Positions 60,657-64,000 of a stretch of 64,000 nucleotides of DNA are shown piece by piece; position 1 is the stretch's first letter; each line of letters opens with the position of its first letter. The notes below the pieces were generated by a model, which saw only the letters and a list, made by a program, of their open reading frames with translations, did not search any database and was not told the origin of the DNA. Location: assembly GCA_002633005.1 (NCBI GenBank), contig NMRA01000001.1, positions 107,401 to 171,400 on the forward strand, in the 5' to 3' direction. The translations under genes were made by a program, and so were the position numbers. The DNA comes from Phoronis australis (lineage: Eukaryota; Animalia; Phoronida).

Positions 60657-62115
60657 ATGCCAACACAAGTAAATGTGTTTGCCTCTAGCGTAATGCGTTA
60701 TACTACTTTACTGCTTCCAAATTATGGCTTCGCTATAACTGCAGTGTTCCAGAAAAGCGAGGATTCTAGAGACAATTGTACTGTGACTGCAAGATACCAG
60801 GGTGTAGTTTTATTGTATTGCACCTCGATTTGCTTGATGGAGCGTATTGTCAATCCTAACTTATGTGTGGGATTAAACTACCTAGAGGAGGAAATGACAT
60901 GCGAACTCTGCAACGTGTGTCCTGCTAAACCGTTACCATCACCCGGGTGGTCCGTGTGGACAATTTCCGGTCAAGAACAGAATAACTTCGGTAATTATCT
61001 TTGTAATTATACTTTGGCTTATAGACAAGAACGTCAGATGCAAATAGGCACTTCACTGCGTTCCCTTACACTTATTTTTTGTGTAGTTAGTTTACTCACG
61101 ACTGCAATTATTTCCAATGATATACCTCAGTATTTTAATTGTAAAAATACAGTATTAGTCCCTAAATTATTCGTGTTTCTTGAAAAGTCCCAATTATTTA
61201 TTATCAGTAATGTTAAGCATTCAACGTGGGGTTTATTCTCAACATATGTCATATCTCATAAACTCGTTAGTAAGGAAGACAAAACAATAAAACAAATTCG
61301 GCAATTAGAACTAGAGAAAAAATACACAAACCTGCTGAGAATTAAGGGAATAATCTTTCTCTGAGACAGTAGTCGTTCATGCGCACATTTAGACTCATGC
61401 CCTTATCCCATGATTTTCTTTGCAAGGAGAGCATTTGAGGGCTTATACATACTTCAAGATCAAGAGTTGGCTGTTTCTGGATATTTTCACCCGCCACTAA
61501 GCTGAATTTTTTAAGTTATAATGATCTTAAATTGCTCCTCAGTCAGATTACAGCTGGAAGCTACAAGAGGTTCACGAAGAACTGCTGGTCATTGTTCAAG
61601 AAAGTTCACTTCAAGTTGACGTGAGGTGGCGTGTCAGTTTATGCGTTTAATATAATCTTAAACAATAGCAAACTGTAAATTTTTCAAACTTAGAACCTGC
61701 ACCTCTCACGTAAGTTAGGAGCACGATCAGTTTAGTTTTCCATATGAATTGGTAAAGTTGTGTAAATGAAATACTGTCAATTTATTTGACGGAACGCTGC
61801 CGTTTTCATCAGTGACACCTGTTTTTTATTCCTGTAGCTTCATGCGAAGACTGGAAAAAGATAGGTTGCATTGAGGATGGTGAGTATACTCTTGACCCTG
61901 ATGGACAAGGTGGCCTGCCCAAATTCACAGTAGAATGCAAAATGAATGGACCGTCAGGAGCGTCAGAGACCATTATCCATCACAATCGTGAGGAGAAGAG
62001 GGAAACTGGCTATTGCGAAGGGCCCAGGTCCCGCGTTGTAAACGTTGCTTACGTCGCGACCACAGAACAGATAGTACCTGTGATCGAAGCATCAACACGG
62101 TATTTATTTGAGTAG
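60657..62115 (+). pseudogene. PAN/Caspr-like paralog copy D, C-terminally truncated (exons 60657-60990, 61838-62115; ~203 aa)
   Basis: Exon 1 is intact. Exon 2 runs SCEDWKK...IEASTR, then jumps into sequence homologous to the 3' flank of the other copies (58425+, 42375+), giving YLFE*. Confidence 0.75.
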
Positions 62116-62601
62116 CTAAGTGTAGGTGCATGTATTTGCAAGCGTAAATATTACAATTTTCAAGTGTTTCTATTAGTGGTAATTCATTTGTGCAATGTTT
62201 AGCTGTTTTCCAGACGCTATTTGTTATTGTGATTTCCCAGCAGTAATGTTTTTTTGTACTGCTTACCAATACCTGTGAAATAAAATTTAAGAAATAAAAA
62301 GTTTATGCTGTAAAAGAATCCAAGCCAACACTTTCTATCACTGATAGCGGGCAATGTACGTGCGAATTGTCCAGCTTCCAGCGGACTGGTCCCCTTTTTG
62401 AATGTTCCCGTCATCCCCGGCCGCCTCACCATCAAATATCCAGCTTTTTCACACATAGTAAATTTGACATGTTATCATATGCAGTGTACTAACATAATTT
62501 CCCAGGCGACATGGTTTGATTTTCCTCATCGACTAAAAAGAAAAAACGGGACGTTTCTTAGTTTTTGTCTCTCCTGTAATTTTTCAATAGACTTAAAAAA
62601 C

Positions 62602-63441
62602 GGGTTGTTCTAAGCCCGCTTCCCCGACCCCCATACCCCATGACACCCTTGACCCAAGACCCACAACCCCCTCGATCCAGTCAAAAGGTTGACTTGATGT
62701 GAATATAGAACATGCGCTGACTCGCAGGACCAATGAGTTGGGACGTGAGCTCGGCTGGCTATTTTCAGTTTTTTTTTGCAATTAAAAGAATCAATTCGGC
62801 AAGTTTGAAAGCAAAAAACAGAAAAAAATAACGCGATCAAATCAAATCAAAGAGCAACCGACGTTACAAATGTTGTTCTCGGCTGAGTGTAATCGTGTGT
62901 CTGCATCGTGTCGTTTGCGCTTGAGTGAATGGCAGATTCAGTCATTTTATGCATAGAATGCAAGGAACTGACAAAAATGTAATTCAATCAGTAAATACAG
63001 TTGGAAAAAAACTGTTAACTAAAGTATTTCAACGTTATATGGAGTATATTGTAAACGAGTATACAAAAGAAAAAGCAAATAATAAAATAGTTAAATTATG
63101 TACATTCACGTTAACGTATTCTCTTCCTAAGTTTGGTAGAATATGGTCATTGGTAGCCGCTCGTGGAACTATTTCCGTGACAAAGATAGCGCGCTCACAA
63201 TGTGCTGCTTCAGATCACGTTCTCACGCCACTTTCTGGTTTTAACCACCCGACTTGAGCCAGAGCAGATTTGCGTATAGGTATGTCTTATGGGAAAGTCA
63301 CTCAGCGGCGTAATAAGATTATGAAATATGTAAAAATCGCAAAAATACCTATAATGCCACAGGTTGTGGGTCGAGGAGGTTGTGGGTCGAGGGGGTCGGG
63401 GGTTGAGGGGGTCGTGGGTCGAGGGGGTTTTAGAACAATCC
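62602..63441. mobile_element. Non-autonomous DNA transposon (~840 bp) with 8-bp TSD and subterminal 7-bp repeats
   Basis: GGGTTGTTCTAA ... TTAGAACAATCC; CGACCCC-type heptamer arrays inverted at both ends; flanks TAAAAAAC/CAAAAAAC. The empty site is visible in the paralogous flank at ~42828-42860. Confidence 0.8.
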
Positions 63442-63615
63442 CAAAAAACGCTGTCGGGCGCTTTAGGGTGATAATACTTAGGCTCCACAAAAAACGCTGT
63501 CGGAACATCTTTTTGCGACAAAATTTCCCCCCATGCGTCTTGGGATACACTGTAAAATGAGATGTCCTGCTTTTCAAACTTATTATCCGGCGTCAGCTGT
63601 AGCATGATCTATTAA

Positions 63616-64000
63616 AGTCCTTCTCTCACGCGTTGTTAACCCTTATTACATGGTTAGAGGATGTTATAAGGATCCAAGAAGTACCTATCCCATAACTAAT
63701 GCACGATCCGTACTAGAAAAAAGTTTAAATGAACGCGCCTCTCACGATTCGCACCCGAAGAACCACCGCCATTTTGAACTTGCCGGGAACCCGGATGTAC
63801 AATTCAATCAGGAACCCAGGCCGAGAAAACGCCGTCAGTGCGACTGGAGCAGTGACTGTACTGTTACCAGCCACCAAACGGGGATAAAATGATCGACAGC
63901 GCGCCTTAATTTTAATAAAATCAAAATACGGACAATTTTATCGAATTTGCTGAAGAAATGTGGCGAATAAATTTTGACAGAAATTATTTTGCCAGACTCG
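63616..64000 (+). mobile_element. Kolobok-like element, copy 3 (runs off the window end)
   Basis: TTAA|AGTCCTTCTCTCACGCGTTG..., nearly identical to 9233-9433. Confidence 0.75.

Overview
This is AT-rich, intron-containing eukaryotic genomic DNA from a draft assembly with N-gaps. It is most consistent with a marine invertebrate; the species cannot be determined from the window. There are no prokaryotic features, rRNA, bona fide tRNA or CRISPR arrays. Two host-gene loci were reconstructed by hand from splice sites and reading-frame phase. (1) An 11-exon, ~437-aa type-I membrane protein on + (13039/15941-29113): signal peptide, EMI domain, ZP module, RKRR furin site, TM helix, short tail. Its ZP-C cysteine pattern is atypical. 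(2) A tandem array on + (39.6-62.1 kb) of two-exon secreted proteins with a PAN/apple-like domain fused to a Caspr/neurexin-IV-type fibrinogen-like domain. It has two intact copies, one deletion-truncated copy and one 3' fragment, with differences clustered in a few loops. The rest is a dense transposon landscape: a near-intact Neptune-type Penelope-like retroelement (RT + GIY-YIG), two Penelope relics, minimal hammerhead ribozyme motifs, L1/Tx1 and hAT relics, a TTAA-flanked Sola3-like element, an Academ-like element, three copies of a Kolobok-like element, several MITEs and tRNA-derived SINE heads. Two apparent tandem duplications joined by a single N are probably uncollapsed alleles. Family assignments come from motif recognition, not database searches.
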